64,000 nt of DNA from Fimbriosthenelais zetlandica (taxonomy: Eukaryota), in contig OZ365116.1 of the NCBI GenBank assembly GCA_977030845.1, positions 20,956,001 to 21,020,000 of the forward strand, in the 5' to 3' direction. The notes under the pieces are model-generated. The model searched no databases. It was not told the DNA's origin and worked only from the letters and a program-made list of their open reading frames with translations. This document shows, piece by piece, positions 59,118-64,000 of this stretch; the stretch's first letter is position 1, and the number at the start of each line of letters is the position of its first letter. A program made the translations under genes and the position numbers.

Positions 59118-62100
59118 TTGCCATGAAGCCCCATATCTACCAATCCCTGACTGCTGTCCAGTGTACTCACATTGAGATTAATTCTTGTTGTAGGCTGGAG
59201 GCTAATAACATCTGACAGACGACCAGGTCTGAGTGATAACAGGCTACAACTATAGATGTGGTGGGTCCATAACAAGACCAGACATGAGGCAGGAAATGTG
59301 TAGGTTATAACTGAATATTACAGGACTCCCAACACTATACATTAGTCTATAGGCCTCATTGAGGAGGTAAAGTCGGACTGGCTTGCCTACAAAAACCTAT
59401 AAATTTTCTGCTTTAAATTGAAACCCTTTCACACATATATGCATTGGGAGCTTTTGCAGCAGTATGGGCTTATAAAAGAGGCAAATGGAATGCACTTGAG
59501 TTTTGCTGATTTTGTCAGGATATTGATATAGGAAGAGGCCATGAATAAATTCAGCCCCTCCATGAATACCATGGAATGAGAATCTACTGTGTCCCAGCCA
59601 TGGATCTGTTGCCTACAGAAAAAAAAACTGATTTGAAAACCAAGGACCCCTGTCATGGAAATGGCTGCTGGTTGGACATTGAGGAGGCCTGTTTTACCAG
59701 CTCAGAATAAATGCTTTGAATGGGAGCTTCCACTTGAATGGGTAAACACCATCACGCCATGAATTTTACATCATCTTGCTGCATGCGCCGCTGCCCTTCA
59801 ATGCAACCAGAGATAGGGCTCCTTGTTAAGACACAAGTAGCTGGGTGCATTTTCTTTTTCATATTCAATTTCCCTTTCTACTCCTCAGGGCTCAATTACA
59901 GAACCATTCAAAAATCATTATAATAATGTCTGCCATACAAGTTCTTACAATGCTTCCTACTCGGGTTTTTTTATCAGGGGACTTCGCCCATGTCTGCTTT
60001 CAAAGCTCTGTTATAAGTTTAATGGAGATGATCTATTATAGATTTCAAACTACCATGGAGTATTTAGCCGATTCTCGGTTTACAGATCTGTCAAATATAC
60101 TGGAATATTGTGATTGGGAAGCCATACAGCTTGGAGTTTAACAACTGTTTGGTGGTTTCCTAAAGAGCTTCAGGCACCTTTCATCCTTGATGAAGACCTT
60201 ATCGGTCATTCTGACATGAGGTTCCTCTGGGGACGTAAGCTTCTCTGTGTTAGAATGATGATATTAATTGGTTATGACCACAGAATGACCTGGCTCCATG
60301 GCCGACATCTTCTCTCCATTCTCTCCAATGCTGAGGAGAAGTGCTACCGACTGTTTTATGAATATGATGGTGGCATTCTATGAAATATTTATAATGCCTC
60401 ATATTTTTTAATAGTGATAGTAGTATTTTCGTAGTCATATGTGTACACCAACTGGTTCATAAAAATTATATATTAATTCTGTTCTTTGGCAATAGCAATA
60501 TGTGAAGCTTATACTCATGCACTATAGTCTGCTTCTACAGGAAGCTATTAAGCAGCTTAGGATAAGACCGTAACTCCGATTACCGAAAAATGACAAGTAT
60601 TTACAGTTAGTGCAATCTCACCGAGTTTGATCAGGTGCGGCGTCTTGCCATAAAAATCATTATCCATCACCTCCTGTGTGGCTCTAAGTTATTTACCGCT
60701 CCTCCTGTCCCTCCCTTGTATGTAACCAGTATCAGAGACGGTCAATTATACAACAAAGGCGGACGTGAATGAGTTAGTGGAGCCAGTCAGGCTTATTCAC
60801 ACATGGAGTTAACCTCCCTGGAGGAGCATGGCGGCTTGTTGACGACGCACCATCTGTGTGCTAATCCCGGTGAGAAGCCTTTAATGGCTGCCTCCTGAGG
60901 CTTACTCCTGGCCCGCCATTATAGGCCTCTTTGCCTTGCCCGGCATTATAGGCCTCTTTGCCTGGCCATTGTGCGGGTGAGTATGCTTTAAACTGGCCTA
61001 TATCTCGGACGGCATGGTGCCATCCTATCATAGACCATATAGATTGTCACTATGGTAGAGAACACCTTTGTTGTTAGTGAAATATAGGTGGGTACTGGTC
61101 TGTCATGTGATTTAATGTGGTTAGGTTATGTGGGGATATGGGTGATATATTGCACCTATTGTACTATGTATGTGGGACCTCTCACCTCCGATTGCCATAT
61201 TTTATCGGGACTTTCACGTATGTGGAAAATGAGCTATGTATATATATAATGTTTATGAATGAACAAAAATCAGAATATTGTATGCACATAGCTATTTCTT
61301 ATTTCCTAAATTATATTTTTGTACCATTTGTCTCCGAAGGACATGTTATATATGTAACATGCTGAAGATCTAAATGCTAGTTGTGACAGTAGATATATAT
61401 CGTCTATATATTAATGCAGTCTGCTGACGGTTAGCTAACAGTTCTTGGATAAAAAAAAGTATATAGCAACTGTGTGCTATAGCCAATCTACTTTATTACC
61501 ATTGACTTATCTATCACACCTCATTGCCTTTAATGTATCTGCTTCTATAGTACACAGTATCACTGCCTGCCACTATATAGAGGCGGGAGCTGAAGCCAGC
61601 CTAATGATAACACACCACACACTGGCCAATATTACCTCACATGGAATGGATCTAGAACCACGTGGTGTCCAGGGACACATTCAGTCACGTGACAGAGGTG
61701 GGGAGGGCAGTGAAACTGAGGAAAAAATGAGAGTAATATACTCTAAAACCTGCTGCCCTTGGCAACAACCAATTCACTGCACATGTATCATGCATCATTA
61801 CCTGAAATGGCTGAAGGAAGTTATCATTTATTGAGCAAATTCGGTCTCTAAATTCATGTTCATGTCATATTGTTGAAATCATTTAGATCGGGTAGATTTA
61901 CTACTATTAGCCCATCTGGATAGTCATCGTAAAAATAGCAGAGGTTTTACAGTGAGAGGGATTGTAGTGGCCATCTCGTGGAGGAGCCATCCTTCAATCT
62001 TCCACAATTACTGTCTCTCTGACCTTTTAGGCCAACCGAGCAGGAGAATTCTCAAATCCTTGTAGTCAGGATACCCTTCCACCTTCCTGTATCTTTACCT

Positions 62101-64000
62101 TCATTGCATGAAAGTTTGTGTCAAGGAACCACATGCAAACTTTCTTAAGGTAAAGTACAACACTAAAATATGTCTTTGGATGATTTCATTGCGGGGGTTG
62201 AGAATGAATGTAGAGCAAGTCACCCTGACCAAAGTGGACTCTAGGCTCTTTAGTTATTCGGATGTAATCCTGAAAATATCTGACCGCCACTGTCCTATTG
62301 GAATACTTGATCCAATATTCTCATAAAATCCTCCGCTTGCCACACTTCCAATTTATTTCTATGGTGCACTTTCTCAGCAAAGGAATGAATATGGCTGTGT
62401 AAGTAGTATCAGGAAATGGACCAAGGCTGGAGGCAACAAACAAGTTTTGCTCTAAGAAAGTCATTTCTGGTATTTGTCTTCCACGCCAAAATCAAAGGCC
62501 GTCCAATAACAAAGAACAGATTCCTTTCCCATCTCTAATGGGCGATACATCATAATGATAATCAGATCTATAAGTCAGAGTTACTGTTCGGGATTAAATG
62601 CGAAGCATCCATTTGGTAACATTGAATGTAGTTGCTGTATTTTGGCTCCTCCCTTTTCAATATTCTGCTCATGGCCTCAGATGGAATACATTTGAAATAA
62701 GTTGGCTTTATAGTGCTAAAAGCTGCCTCTGTCAAATTTATTTAAATGAGTGACTTGGTACCCAATTGTGTTATGATTGAATATATAATATATAGAACGT
62801 GAAATGTGGTTCACATCTCTGGCTGATAACATTCACTATAATGTATCTTGTCTTTGCATTATCCATATCACCCTCATTCATTTCAAATCACGCCCCAAAA
62901 TAATGCTGAAGCTTTTTCAATGAAGCTTTTTGTCAGCATTTCTGATTTTAACTGGAGCGACTGAAATGTTAGGCATTGATTGGTGGAGCATTTAGCTGAT
63001 AATGGATGAGTAGACAGGCGGGGGGAGGATGGCATATGAATGCCACAACACGGCTCATCTTGATCCCATGCTATGCGTCTGTTTACATTTTAATACACTA
63101 ATGCCGAGAGTGCAATATTTTGTGGGTGTGGGGGTTGGGGCTTACTTTCTCACATTATAACATTGTGTAAGGCTTAAAGTCGACCTAGTGGGTCCACTCT
63201 GTGATAATTGGTTGACAAAAAATAATTTGACAATAGTCAGTTGCTTCGGGGAGAGTAAAGATATGAAATAATAACAATGGTTGTGATCAATGAGGGAGTA
63301 TGTCCAATCTGCCTAGTAAGCCCACTCCCTTACATAGTCATCTCAGGCGCGGCCTGCCACCCGCTGCTGCGAGGCCCATTAATAATAAACTAACACATCA
63401 GTCTGGCTTTCTTCTCACAATGGATGCATTTTGTAGATGTTGTAAACTCCGTCATACTTAATCAGCTTAGTATTCCTGTTATAATCAGAAAAATGCTCTC
63501 ATGATTAGTTCAACTCTACAGGAGAATATTTAAGTACATAATTCTGCCCTTGAATACAGCTTATGCTTCTGTGTAGAGACTCTTATTGGGCAGCACACAA
63601 ATGCTTCCAGACAAAAAAAAGATTGTTTAATTCCTGCTTTAAAGCATCTCCGAAAGATAAGGGTATGGGGGGATTCTTACCTTTCTATTCATAATTTCCT
63701 CACTGATCATTTAATGTGATGCAGAAAATAGAGCACACATTGATGGCACTCCTCCCATCTTCCCTTATTTTGCATTCCCCCTATTGAAAAGAAGACTGTA
63801 GAGCCTTCCAGCTTAGTCTGTCTCCAGCAGGGCGATGGACTGATGCCCTTTTTCAGAATTCCATTTGTGATAATGACAATATAGGGCTGTGGTGTTGGAA
63901 ATAGAGAGGGGAAGCGGTGATGGAATTTGCGGCATATCAAGCAGAACATGAGTGTCGGTTTGGGCAGCAGGAGATGTGATTAAGATGAGTCTGGATCTGG

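Larger units (their letters stand above)
27557..64000 (+). other. DAGLA: DAGLA first coding intron, at least 36.4 kb (open at right edge)
   Basis: Starts at the GTAAGT donor at 27557; I found no downstream exon resembling DAGLA TM2-4 (e.g. an SMRG-type motif) in the window. Absence judged by eye. Confidence 0.7.

Noticed and set aside
28000-64000. Numerous 60-146 aa track ORFs in the DAGLA intron (e.g. 31115..31348, 44306..44698, 53060..53500, 56781..57116)
   Set aside because: No recognisable domains, many start at non-ATG codons, lengths consistent with chance; a blastx search would be needed to exclude decayed TE fragments.

Overview
Spliced-gene eukaryotic DNA, probably from an invertebrate bilaterian (inference from gene families and intron style); there are no prokaryotic operons, CRISPR arrays or rRNA/tRNA genes that I can support. 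Left to right: (1) the 5' part of an ankyrin-repeat gene on the minus strand, running off the window edge and missed by the ORF track; (2) a calponin/myophilin/Mp20-type gene (+, 170 aa, 10.7-kb first coding intron); (3) an intronless-CDS, highly divergent class-A-like 7TM receptor (-, 338 aa) tail-to-tail with it; (4) a 133-N assembly gap; (5) a complete 10-coding-exon EXT2 gene (-, 723 aa, one GC-AG intron) whose last six exons and 3' region are tandemly duplicated (~2.9-kb unit, 12 silent and 0 amino-acid differences between copies, 3-bp microhomology junction); (6) head-to-head with EXT2, the first coding exon of diacylglycerol lipase alpha (DAGLA, +), followed by an intron of at least 36 kb that fills the rest of the window and contains a strong candidate recursive splice site with an RS-exon, a candidate poison microexon, a G-rich 30/31-bp minisatellite and G-tracts. 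Most short ORFs in the supplied track look spurious. All alignments and counts were done by eye and should be verified computationally.
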